A DNA stretch of 64,000 nt from an uncultured Alphaproteobacteria bacterium. Its GTDB lineage: Bacteria > Pseudomonadota > Alphaproteobacteria > Rhizobiales > Rhodomicrobiaceae. Numbering within the stretch: the stretch's first letter is position 1; the number at the start of each line of letters is the position of its first letter. A model generated the notes under the pieces. That model was not told the origin of the DNA. It saw nothing but the letters and a program-made list of their open reading frames with translations, and ran no database searches. Location: the NCBI GenBank assembly GCA_963773735.1, contig CAVZCK010000028.1:1-64000 (forward strand), given 5' to 3'. The position numbers were made by a program, and so were the translations under genes. Below are positions 10,336 to 19,604 of this stretch, piece after piece.

Positions 10336-11322
10336 TCAGGTGATGGCCCCCACCTCCCCCTTCTCATCCGCGCAGGCGTCGAACTCCACCTCCACCGTGG
10401 CATGCGCCACGCCGAAGCGCTGCATCAGCCGCTGCTTGACCTCGGCGGCGATGCGCTCCGGGTGACAGGCTTCCACGACGCGCACATGCAGCGTCACCAT
10501 CGGCCGCTCCTGCGTGATCGACCAGGCATGAATGTGGTGGACGTCCTCGATGGCGGTAAAAGCGCCGCAGAGGTCGCGCGCGATCTCGCGGGTATCGATG
10601 CCGCTCGGCGTGCCTTCGAGCAGGATATGCCCGCTGTCGCTGACCACGCGCCAGGCCGAGCGCAGGATGATCAGCGCCACCAGCACCGACAGGATCGGGT
10701 CGATCGGCGTCCAGCCGCTGACCACGATCACGATCGCGGCGGCGATCGCGGCGACGGAGCCGAGCAGGTCGCCCATCACATGCAGCGCCGCCGCCCGCAC
10801 GTTGAGATTGTTGCGGTCGCCGCCCTGGAGCACCCAGAATGCGGCGATGTTCACGGCGAGCCCGCCGAGCGCCACCCAGAACATGATGCCGCCGAGGACC
10901 ACCGGCGCGCCCTGCAGACGGTGCGCCGCTTCCATGACGATCCAGCCCGCGATGGCGAACAGCGCCAGGCCGTTGGCGAAGGCGATCAGCACCGAGAAGC
11001 GGTCATAGCCATAGGTGCGCCGCCAATCCGCCGGACGCCGGGCAAGGCGGAAGCCGTACCAGGCGAGACCGAGGCTGGCGCAGTCGGTGAGCATGTGCCC
11101 CGCATCGGCGAGCAGGGCGAGCGAGCCGGATATCAGGCCACCGGCGAGTTCGGCGAACATGAACAGGGCGGTGAGCAGCGCGGCGATGCCGACACGGGCT
11201 TCGCTGGCGCCGTGGCTATGGTCGTGGCCGGCCCCGTGCGCATGGCGATGGCCCTGGGCGGCACGCGCCGCGGGGCCATGATGATGGGGGTGCGGATGGT
11301 GATGATGTCGCGTCATGCGCAT
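10336..11322 (-). CDS. Cation diffusion facilitator (CDF) family metal efflux transporter with a His-rich N-terminus
   Basis: 328-aa ORF with six TM helices and the CDF signature ([21 protein letters not shown]...). It has a C-terminal cytoplasmic domain, and the N-terminus reads [10 protein letters not shown]. Confidence 0.85.
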   Translation of the reverse strand: MRMTRHHHHPHPHHHGPAARAAQGHRHAHGAGHDHSHGASEARVGIAALLTALFMFAELAGGLISGSLALLADAGHMLTDCASLGLAWYGFRLARRPADWRRTYGYDRFSVLIAFANGLALFAIAGWIVMEAAHRLQGAPVVLGGIMFWVALGGLAVNIAAFWVLQGGDRNNLNVRAAALHVMGDLLGSVAAIAAAIVIVVSGWTPIDPILSVLVALIILRSAWRVVSDSGHILLEGTPSGIDTREIARDLCGAFTAIEDVHHIHAWSITQERPMVTLHVRVVEACHPERIAAEVKQRLMQRFGVAHATVEVEFDACADEKGEVGAIT

Positions 11323-11457
11323 AACATAGCGATCCGGCGCCGCGCGCCAAGGGCCATTGAATTTACCGATAAAGACGGGAAGGCCCGAACTCTGCTAGCT
11401 TACGGTACATTTTTGGGCACGCTGGAGTGGCGCTGGGAGAGCGCTGGAGGTCAAAAA

Positions 11458-12156
11458 ATGGGGAAATTGCGGATCGCACGCAGCTGGTATCACCCGATCG
11501 CCATCATCAGGTCGCTGATGCTGCGGCCGCGGGTTTATAGCGGCGCCTTGGCCGGGCTCGCCGCCTATTTCGCCTGTCCCGCAGCCTGGCCGGGCACGGT
11601 GCGGCTTTCTGTGGCCTGGGATGTCGGGGGGCTGGTCTATCTGTTCTTCGCCTTCCGCCTGATGATCGTCTGCCGCGCGCAGCACATCAAAGCCGCGGCC
11701 GCCCTTCGCGATGACAGCCGCCTGGTCATTCTCACCATTATCCTGCTGAGCATCAGCGCCAGCTTTGTTGCCATCGCGCAGCTCATCGGACACGCCAAAG
11801 AGCCCTCGATCTCCGGCGTGGAAAAGGCGTTCCTGGCCGGTCTTGCCATCGCGACCATCGTCATTTCCTGGAGCGTGACGCAGGTCGCCTTCACCCTGCA
11901 TTACGCGCACGACTATTATCTGCCCGAGGACGGCGGCGACGCGCAGGGCGGGCTGATGTTCCCCGGCTGCGATGTGCCCGACTATTGGGATTTCCTGTAT
12001 TTCGCCACCTCGATAGGCGCGACCTCGCAAACCTCCGATACCACGATACGGTCGAGCAGCCTGCGACGGCTGGTGACGCTGCACGGCGTGATCGCGTTCT
12101 TCTTCAACACCGCCGTGCTGGCGCTGACGGTGAATATCGCCGCGAGCTTGGCGTGA
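11458..12156 (+). CDS. DUF1345 family membrane protein
   Basis: Start chosen at [13 protein letters not shown]. Several TM helices are present. The upstream part of the 10402..12156 ORF is antisense to the CDF gene and is treated as spurious. Confidence 0.55.
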   Translation: MGKLRIARSWYHPIAIIRSLMLRPRVYSGALAGLAAYFACPAAWPGTVRLSVAWDVGGLVYLFFAFRLMIVCRAQHIKAAAALRDDSRLVILTIILLSISASFVAIAQLIGHAKEPSISGVEKAFLAGLAIATIVISWSVTQVAFTLHYAHDYYLPEDGGDAQGGLMFPGCDVPDYWDFLYFATSIGATSQTSDTTIRSSSLRRLVTLHGVIAFFFNTAVLALTVNIAASLA

Positions 12157-12383
12157 GGCAAAGGGCGCTCGGCCGGTGTTGCGTCGCCAACGCTCGATTC
12201 CAGGCGTCAGCTCGCAAGCGTTTGGAAAGACGCAACACCGACAAGGAACCGCCAGACGTAAGGCGAACCGACAAACCGTCGCCGGTGCGCAGGACGACGG
12301 CGGCGACCGCTGGTCATGGCGGCTTTGATGCGTTGGGCAATGATCGGTGCAATCTCCAGAAGCGTCGCGCGCGGCGCGGCCGA

Positions 12384-13478
12384 TCACTCCATTCGATGGC
12401 GCGCCACGGCCGCATCATCCCAGGCGAGGCCGTTGCCTGGCCGATCGGGAACAAGCGCATTGCCGTCTTTGATCTGCAACGGCTCCCGCAGTAGGGGCGC
12501 GGCCCAATCGACATATTCGAGCCAATGGGCCGTCGGCGTTGCGGCGAGCAAATGCGCGCTCACCTCGGGAAACAGATGCGAGGACATCTCGATGCCATGC
12601 GCCGCCGCCAGGCCCGCCGCATGCCGCCATCCCGTTACCCCGCCGATGCGTTCGAGATCCGGCATGACGTAGTCGCAAGCGCCGGCATCGAGCGCGGTTG
12701 CCATCGCCTGCGGGCCGGAGAAATTCTCCCCGATCTGAATCGGCGTCACGGTTTCAGCCGCGAGCTTGGCGGCACCGGAATAATCGTCATGGCGGATCGG
12801 CTCCTCGATCCAGTAGACGCCTTCACCATCCAAGGCGCGACAGCGAAGCTTTGCCTCGGCGACGGTCAGAGCCTGGTTGAAATCGACCATCAGCGCAATG
12901 TCGCCCGGCAGGCGCTTTCGCACGGCGCGGACGCGCGCGAGATCTTCGGCCAGAGCCGGATAGCCGAGCCTCAGCTTGACGGCTCGGAAACCGCCTTCGA
13001 GCAACGCGACGGCTTCCTCCGCCGCCGCCTCGGGCGCCATCAGGCCGAGCCCATTGCTGTTATAGGCCGGCACCGGCCTTGGCCCCGCGCCGAGCATCGT
13101 CGCAAGCGGCAGCCCGTGAGCGATGGCCAGCGCGTCCCAGGCCGCGACGTCGATGCCCGCAAGCGCCATGCGCACGATGCCCTGAACACCGATCAGCCGA
13201 AAGCGCTTCTGCAGCTTGGCGGCGATGTCGAGCGGAGCCACCGGATCGCCCTTGATGAACTCCAGCGCCTGGGCAAGCATTTTCGCGACCGCCGGTCCCA
13301 CGCTCGCAAAATAACAGAAAAGGTAGGACCGGCCGGTGATGCCTTCCTCAGTCTCCAGATCGACCAGCAGCAATGCCGCTTCCCTGATCGTATCGGCGCT
13401 GGTGCCGAGCGGCAGAGCCATCGGGACCGAAACCGGCACGGCGCGAAGATCGCGGATGGTGAGCTTTACGGCCGGCAC
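12384..13478 (-). CDS. Enolase-superfamily enzyme (mandelate racemase / muconate lactonizing enzyme family)
   Basis: 364 aa with an N-terminal capping domain and TIM-barrel motifs (KLRLGYPALAEDLARVRAVRKRLPGDIALMVDFNQA...WIEEPIRHDDY...DLERIGGVTG). Confidence 0.8.
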   Translation of the reverse strand: MPAVKLTIRDLRAVPVSVPMALPLGTSADTIREAALLLVDLETEEGITGRSYLFCYFASVGPAVAKMLAQALEFIKGDPVAPLDIAAKLQKRFRLIGVQGIVRMALAGIDVAAWDALAIAHGLPLATMLGAGPRPVPAYNSNGLGLMAPEAAAEEAVALLEGGFRAVKLRLGYPALAEDLARVRAVRKRLPGDIALMVDFNQALTVAEAKLRCRALDGEGVYWIEEPIRHDDYSGAAKLAAETVTPIQIGENFSGPQAMATALDAGACDYVMPDLERIGGVTGWRHAAGLAAAHGIEMSSHLFPEVSAHLLAATPTAHWLEYVDWAAPLLREPLQIKDGNALVPDRPGNGLAWDDAAVARHRME

Positions 13479-13479
13479 C

Positions 13480-14403
13480 TTACGCCCCCGCCCTGCCCTG
13501 CGCGTGCGGCGCCAGAATGTCGGCGACGGCGCGGTTGCAGGGCGTCGGAACGCCGGCCTCCCTGCCGAGCGCGACCGCGCTGCCGCTCAGCCACGGCACT
13601 TCGAGCGGATTGCCGCGTTCCAGATCGGTATGCATGGATGCGGTCATCGCGGCAGGCAGCGTATCGGCAAAGGCGAGCCGGTTCTCGGCAAAGTTCGCCG
13701 GCAGGTCGATACCCTTGGCGCGCCCCACGGCTTCGACCTCGCGCATCAGATCGAGAAAGAAAGAACGCGACTGCGGATTCTCCCGAACCGGTCCGATCGG
13801 CAGCCTGACCGTGGCGGTGGCGCCGGACATGCCGACGAGAAAAACGAATTTTTCCCAGATCGCGCGGCGTATGTCGGCGCTCAGCTCGGCATTGATCCCG
13901 GCGGCTTCGCATGCCTTGAGGAAGGCTTCGGCGCGCGCCGAGCGGCTGCCGTCGAATTCGCCGAAGACGAGGCGCGCCAGCTTGCCGGTATGAGTGATGA
14001 CGCCGGGTTCCTTGATCGACACCGAAATATAGCAGACGCCGCCGAGCAATGGCCCCTCGCCGACGACGCCGCGCAGGGTCTCGTCCTTTTGCACGCCGTT
14101 CTGAAAGGACACGACCGCCGCACCGCGCTCGGCCAGCGGCAGGATCTGGCGCGCCGCCTGCTCGGTGTCCCAAAGCTTGACGCCGATCATCACCAGATCG
14201 ACCGGACCGATGGTCAGCGGATCGTCGGTCGCCTTGACGTCCTGCACATGCATATCGCCAAGCTCGCTTTCGACGCGAAGCCCGTGCTCGCGCATGGCGG
14301 CGAGATGCCGTCCGCGCGCGATAAACGTGACGTCCGATCCACTGAGAGCGAGGCGGGCGCCGAAATAGCCACCGATCCCGCCCGCACCCATCACCGCGAT
14401 GCG
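13480..14403 (-). CDS. panE: 2-dehydropantoate 2-reductase (ketopantoate reductase, ApbA/PanE family)
   Basis: MRIAVMGAGGIGGYFGARLALSGSDVTFIARG Rossmann N-terminus followed by the PanE C-terminal domain. Confidence 0.75.
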   Translation of the reverse strand, partial: RIAVMGAGGIGGYFGARLALSGSDVTFIARGRHLAAMREHGLRVESELGDMHVQDVKATDDPLTIGPVDLVMIGVKLWDTEQAARQILPLAERGAAVVSFQNGVQKDETLRGVVGEGPLLGGVCYISVSIKEPGVITHTGKLARLVFGEFDGSRSARAEAFLKACEAAGINAELSADIRRAIWEKFVFLVGMSGATATVRLPIGPVRENPQSRSFFLDLMREVEAVGRAKGIDLPANFAENRLAFADTLPAAMTASMHTDLERGNPLEVPWLSGSAVALGREAGVPTPCNRAVADILAPHAQGRAGA

Positions 14404-14457
14404 CATGCAATTCTCCATCGATTGCCCTAAGCCTGAATGTGCCGCCGAGGTGCTGTT

Positions 14458-15210
14458 CTAAATCGTCCGCCCGCCATCGACCTCAAGAATGACGCCGGTC
14501 AGAAACGCCGCCTCGTCCGAGGCGAGGAATAGCGCTGCGTTCGCCAGATCCTCCGGCGTGCTCAGGCGGCCGAACGGCACGCTGGCGATGAATTTCTGGC
14601 GGTTCTCCGGCGTGTCCGGCAGGCCCATGAAGGTCTCCAGCAGGGCCGTGGCGCCAATCACCGGGGCGAGCGCGCAGACCCGGATGCGGTCGGGCGCGAG
14701 GTCGATGGCGAGCGACTTGGTCATCGAATGAACCGCGCCTTTCGAGGAATTGTACCACGTCAGGCCAGGGCGCGGCCGGATGCCCGCCGTCGAGCCGATA
14801 TTGATCATCACGCCGCCGGATTGGCGCTGCCGCCAATGCGGGACGATGGCCTTGGTCATGTGAAAGATCGACAGCACATTGATCTCATAGACCTTGCGGA
14901 AGGTCGCCTCATCGACATCGAGCAGCGGCTGGTTCTTATGCGACCAGCCGGCATTGTTGACGACGATATCGACGCCGCCGAAGGCTTCGATGGCGCGCGC
15001 GACGGCGGCATTTACGTCTTCGGCTTTGGAGACATCGCATTTGATGGCGATGGCGGCCTCGCCCAGCTCTTCGGCAACGGCCTTGGCGCCGGCCTCGTTC
15101 ATATCGACGATCGCGACCTTGGCGCCTTCCTTGGCGAAGCGCCGCGCGATGCCTCGCCCGAAGCCAGAAGCCGCGCCCGTCACAATGCTGCGTTTCCCAT
15201 CCAGTCGCAT
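14458..15210 (-). CDS. SDR family short-chain dehydrogenase/reductase
   Basis: TGAASGFGRGIA cofactor motif, NNAG, and the catalytic S...YxxxK (YNSSKGAVHSMTKSLA). Confidence 0.85.
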   Translation of the reverse strand: MRLDGKRSIVTGAASGFGRGIARRFAKEGAKVAIVDMNEAGAKAVAEELGEAAIAIKCDVSKAEDVNAAVARAIEAFGGVDIVVNNAGWSHKNQPLLDVDEATFRKVYEINVLSIFHMTKAIVPHWRQRQSGGVMINIGSTAGIRPRPGLTWYNSSKGAVHSMTKSLAIDLAPDRIRVCALAPVIGATALLETFMGLPDTPENRQKFIASVPFGRLSTPEDLANAALFLASDEAAFLTGVILEVDGGRTI

Positions 15211-15703
15211 GGGCCTGTCCTCTTGTTTCCGTCTACGATCGCGCTCGGTTTGCGGCCAAGTCTATAGCTGTGACGGGGTGGGGAGAAGCAGGGATATCGG
15301 CATGGTATTCGGGGGACCTTTGGAACTGCAGGGTTCCAACGCGGGGATTGGCGAGCTTTACTTGTTCAATAAAAAAATAAACTGAATGACAAATCATCCT
15401 ACAATTTGGATTGCGAAGGTCATTTCAGAGGGCATCCCATGACGAGGGAAGAGACTATTGCGCTTTGGCAAGAATGCGAAGATGCGCGTACCGCAAGGCT
15501 AGAAAACGGCAAGTCTGAAGACGAGGCTCACGAAGCAGCGAAAACAATCTGGAATGCTTGGGCCGCCGAATTGATTAAAGAACGCAAATTGTTAGAAGTG
15601 GACGACTTATTCAAGACAAGCAAGTTTAATTATGAGACTGAAGGCTACGTTGCCCCAGAAACGTGTGGAAGTAATGAAGCTACCACTGTGTGGCTTGAAC
15701 GAG

Positions 15704-16783
15704 CTAGTGGATCGAATCTAACGTTTGGTGCCCGCGCCTGACGGCGGCGATGATGCGATCCGGGTCTTTGGTCCAAACGAAGCGTTTTGCTGTTTCGTTG
15801 CTCTCGGCAATGAAGCGTTTGATGGCGGCCTGCAACTCGACGACGGAGCTGAACACACTGCGTTTGAGCCGTCGCTTGGTCATCCTGGCGAAAAATCCCT
15901 CCACTGCATTGAGCCAGGAACAGGACGTCGGCGTGAAGTGGAACTGCCAGCGTGGATGCCGGTCGAGCCAGGCCATCACCTTCGGATGTTTGTGAGCGGC
16001 GTAATTGTCGAGAATGGCGTGAATGACCTTACCCGCCGGAACCTGGACCTCGATGGTGTTGAGAAAGCGGATGAACTCCTGATGACGGTGGCGCTGCATA
16101 TTCCGCCCAGTCACGGTTCCATCGAGGATGTTGAGGGCAGCAAAAAGCGTTGTCGTGCCGTGCCGCTTGTAATCGTGCGTCATGGTTCCGCATCGCCCCC
16201 TCTTCAGCGGCAATCCCGGCTGGGTGCGGTCGAGCGCTTGGATCTGGCTTTTTTCATCCACGGATAGAACGAGCGCATGGGCGGGCGGCGCCAGATAAAG
16301 CCCGACAATATCCCGGAGCTTCTCGACAAACTGCGGGTCCTTGGAGAGCTTGAACTGGCGCACCCGGTGAGGCTGAAGGCCATGGCTGCGCCAGATGCGC
16401 AGCACCGAACTTGGCGAAATTCCCGCCGTTTTGGCCATGGCGGCGGACGTCCAGTGCGTCGTCTCGCCGGGCGGGGGACCTTGGGTCAGCTCAACAACGC
16501 GTGCGACGGTTTCCTGTGGCAAAGGCGGCTTGCGAGAGGGGCGCGTCTTGTCCCGCAAAAGCCCCTCAACGCCTTCCTGCATGAAACGCTCTTGCCAGCG
16601 CCAAACGCAGGTCTTGGCTTTGGAGATTCGCCGTATGATTTCGACGGTCCCCAAGCCGTCATGGCTGAGAAGAATGATCCGGGCCCGCCAGACATGTTTC
16701 TGCGGCCGGTTGCGGTCCACAACGATCGCCTCCAGACGAGCGCGATCCTCAGCGGTGACATCAAAAGAAATTCCCGTGCGCAT
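15704..16783 (-). CDS. IS630 family transposase (DDE)
   Basis: 359-aa intact ORF with an N-terminal HTH and a DDE domain (...LSVDEKSQIQALDR...HDYKRHGTTTLFAALN...DNYAAHKH...). Confidence 0.85.
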   Translation of the reverse strand: MRTGISFDVTAEDRARLEAIVVDRNRPQKHVWRARIILLSHDGLGTVEIIRRISKAKTCVWRWQERFMQEGVEGLLRDKTRPSRKPPLPQETVARVVELTQGPPPGETTHWTSAAMAKTAGISPSSVLRIWRSHGLQPHRVRQFKLSKDPQFVEKLRDIVGLYLAPPAHALVLSVDEKSQIQALDRTQPGLPLKRGRCGTMTHDYKRHGTTTLFAALNILDGTVTGRNMQRHRHQEFIRFLNTIEVQVPAGKVIHAILDNYAAHKHPKVMAWLDRHPRWQFHFTPTSCSWLNAVEGFFARMTKRRLKRSVFSSVVELQAAIKRFIAESNETAKRFVWTKDPDRIIAAVRRGHQTLDSIH

Positions 16784-16853
16784 CCCGTTGGATTCGCATG
16801 GTTCGCACCAGAGCGGAATCCCAATTCGGATTCTTATGTTAGGTGCGATCCAC
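15707..16853 (-). mobile_element. IS630-family insertion sequence with TA target-site duplication
   Basis: Imperfect terminal inverted repeats GTGGATCGAATCTAACG (left) and GTGGATCGCACCTAACA (right, reverse complement). Flanking TA dinucleotides at 15705-15706 and 16854-16855. Confidence 0.75.
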
Positions 16854-18004
16854 TAGGGTTGATTTTTATGGATTCAAATTCGAAAGCAGGACAAATTGCA
16901 AGAGCTTTATCTTCCCAGGCCAGGCCATATTCGGAGAATCCAAGAAATACACAAATAGAAGGATATTGAAACCTTCTGTAACATTTCTCGACAGAGTGCG
17001 TTTTGACGGGGCGATGTTTCTTTTGGACGCAGTTTTTGACTGGGCGCACTTTGAAGGATCTGTAGGCTTCGCGGCTACCCATTTTCGCGACATAGCAAGG
17101 TTTGATCAGTGCGTCTTCTCTGGAACTACGTGGTTCCACCATGCTTTATTCGATAACGATGTTTGGATGGGCCAGGTTAAGTTTCGAGGGTATACTGATT
17201 TTTACAAAGCAAAATTCGATCAGCAGTCTTCATTTTACGGGATTCAATCCGACGGCGCTTTTATTTTGAATGCCGTGTTTTTTCGGACGATACCGGATTT
17301 TACGCAGGCAAGCTTTCAAGGGACGCCCCGTATCGATAGCGCCATAATTCCACCAATGGAATTCTTTCCGACATTGGAGGCAACAGTGGCTCAAGATTTA
17401 CAGGCCCGATATCGAGCAATTCGGCAGCTCGCTATTGCCGGACATGATCACGAAAGTGAAGCGAAGGCTTTCAAAGCCGAGATGCGTGCAAAGCGAGGTA
17501 CCGAGCATAAATGGTGGCACGCGCCTTTTTGGTTCGGAGTTATCTACGATGCGTTATCGGACTTCGGCCAATCGATAATGCGGCCGTTTTGGATATGGGG
17601 GCTTTCAATCTTGGTCTTTAGCGCCGCTTATCTTGCTCATGCCGGTAAGCTCGCGACATGGTCCGCGTCATGCGCGGATGGTACGCCATATTGGCTCAAG
17701 TCCCTTGTCTTCGCCTTGAAGAATGCAATCCTATTTGTGAGCTGGGACCGCGAGCAAGTCCGATCCGCTTATGCTTGCCTTTATGACCTGCAGCCATCGA
17801 CCACTGAATTTGTCGTACCCGTAACGAACGCTCTGATACAGACTGGCCAAAGTGTATGGAGCGCAATCTTGATTTTTCTGTTCCTCCTTGCCGTGCGAAA
17901 TCAATTTAAGATCAAATAGTGAGGGAGTAAAATTTCGCTTGGTGCTATCTCCGATGGCCGAGGCTGCGGGGCAGCACAATCCCCTACCAAACACGTGACG
18001 CGGC

Positions 18005-18688
18005 GTGATCATGCGGACTATGCTAAGCTTGGCGTCGTTCACGCAAACGAGCTTTGGAGTCCCGCATGGACGACCCCGCCCGATCTCCCGCGGCTTCCGG
18101 TCCCGCCGGCCGCAAACGGATCAGCAAAACCGCGTGCCGCCGGGGCAATATGTCACCAAGGACTTCCCCGTGCTATCGGCCGGGCCGACGCCGACCGTCG
18201 CGCGCGAGACCTGGAGCTTTGCGCTGCAGCTCGGCGGCTCGCTGCTGGCGAAATGGAGCTGGGCCGAATTCCAGGCGCTGCCGCAGACCACGCTGAAGAC
18301 CGACATCCATTGCGTAACGAAATGGACCAAGTTCGACACCGACTGGCGCGGCGTCAGCTTCGACGATCTGATCGAAGCCGCCGGCCTCGACGAGCCGCCC
18401 GAGGCCTTCACCATGCTGCATTGCGACGACGGCTATACGACCAACGTGCCGGTCGAGGATCTGATCGGCGGCAAGGCCATGGTCGCCACCCATTATGACG
18501 GCCAGCCGCTGACGCCCGAGCATGGCGGCCCGGCGCGCATGCTGGTGCCGCATCTCTATTTCTGGAAGAGCGCCAAATGGATCCGCCGGCTGCGCTTCAT
18601 CGAGCAGGACGAGCCGGGATTCTGGGAGCAGAACGGCTATCACATCTATGGCGACCCGTGGCGGGAGCAGCGCTATACTGGTGACTGA
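18005..18688 (+). CDS. Sulfite-oxidase-like molybdopterin-binding oxidoreductase (small YedY/MsrP-like family); start uncertain
   Basis: VPPGQYVTKDFPVLSAGPTP...HCVTKWTKFDTDWRGVSFDDL...YFWKSAKWIRRLRF are Moco-binding domain hallmarks. An alternative N-terminus is present in a neighbouring frame. Confidence 0.7.
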   Translation: MIMRTMLSLASFTQTSFGVPHGRPRPISRGFRSRRPQTDQQNRVPPGQYVTKDFPVLSAGPTPTVARETWSFALQLGGSLLAKWSWAEFQALPQTTLKTDIHCVTKWTKFDTDWRGVSFDDLIEAAGLDEPPEAFTMLHCDDGYTTNVPVEDLIGGKAMVATHYDGQPLTPEHGGPARMLVPHLYFWKSAKWIRRLRFIEQDEPGFWEQNGYHIYGDPWREQRYTGD

Positions 18689-18730
18689 GCCTGCGTCCCC
18701 TAGCCGAAGCCGCCGCGCCGCATCGCCTGG

Positions 18731-19448
18731 ATGCTGGCGACCGTCGAAAGCGTCAAGCTGGAGACGCATCAGGGTCAAGACGCTGGCGCTCAAGGTCCCC
18801 GCCTGGCCCGGCCATCTCGCCGGCCAGCATGTCGATGTGCGGCTCACCGCCGAGGACGGCTATCAGGCGGAGCGCAGCTATTCGATCGCCTCGCCGCCCG
18901 GCGCCCCGCTGATCGAGCTGACGGTGGAGATGATCGCCGATGGCGAGGTCTCGCCCTATCTGACCGAGGAGGTCCGCGCCGGTGACGTGTTCGAGCTGCG
19001 CGGACCGATCGGCGGGCATTTCGTCTGGTCCGAGACAATGGCGGGGCCGCTGGTGCTGATCGGCGGCGGCTCGGGCGTGGTGCCGCTGATGGCGATGCTC
19101 CGCCATCGCGCCATGGTGGGGCGTGCTGACCGCGCGCTGCTCATCTATTCCTCGCGCAGCCGCAGCAACATCATCTATCGTGAGGAACTCGACCGGCTCG
19201 CCGCGAGCGATCCGTCGCTCTCCGTCATTCACACTTTGACGCGGGCGCAGCCGATGAACTGGACCGGCTATGCGCGCCGGATCGACGAAGCCATGCTCGC
19301 CGAAATCGGCATTCCGGCGCTGCCGGACCCGCATATTTTCGTTTGCGGCCCGACGCCGATGGTCGAACGCGCCGCGCAGGCTCTTGTCGGTCTCGGCATC
19401 GCCGCCCAGCGCATCAAGACCGAGCGCTTCGGCCCGTCGGGCGGGTGA
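18731..19448 (+). CDS. FAD/NAD(P)-binding oxidoreductase (ferredoxin-NADP reductase-like) with a probable 1-bp indel near 18765
   Basis: MLATVESVKLETH is in one frame and then RVKTLALKVPAWPGHLAGQHVDVRLTAEDGYQAERSYSIAS...GGGSGVVPLMAML in the next. A single G-run indel would reconcile the two. Confidence 0.65.
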
Positions 19449-19604
19449 GGCCGCCCAGGCTGCGCTGAATGGATATTCAGGTCCGGGGTTAACCGTGATC
19501 CAGCGGCTTGATGGAGAATTAAGCGAAACTGTGTGACTCAATCTTAGGCTGATTGAGGCTATGTTGGCGTAAATGCGGCTTCAACTCGTGGGGGAGGGGA
19601 AGAC

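Larger units (their letters stand above)
15439..17919 (+). pseudogene. Low-GC pentapeptide-repeat membrane protein gene interrupted by an IS630 insertion (coding parts 15439-15706 and 16856-17919)
   Basis: The upstream ORF ...TTVWLERA and the downstream ORF RVDFYGFKFESRTN... join in frame once the IS and one TA copy are removed. The downstream part has pentapeptide repeats (A/FxxxF-like: FDGAMFLLDAVFDWAHFEGSVGFAATHF...) and C-terminal TM helices. GC is roughly 45%. Confidence 0.7.

Noticed and set aside
10402-11457. 5' part of the 584-aa + ORF upstream of the DUF1345 gene
   Set aside because: This part is antisense to the CDF transporter. Only the segment from the [10 protein letters not shown] start (11458) onward looks like a real membrane protein.
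12525-14430. Long + strand ORFs (12525..13808 and 13336..14430) over the enolase-superfamily and panE genes
   Set aside because: Antisense shadows of two well-supported minus-strand genes.
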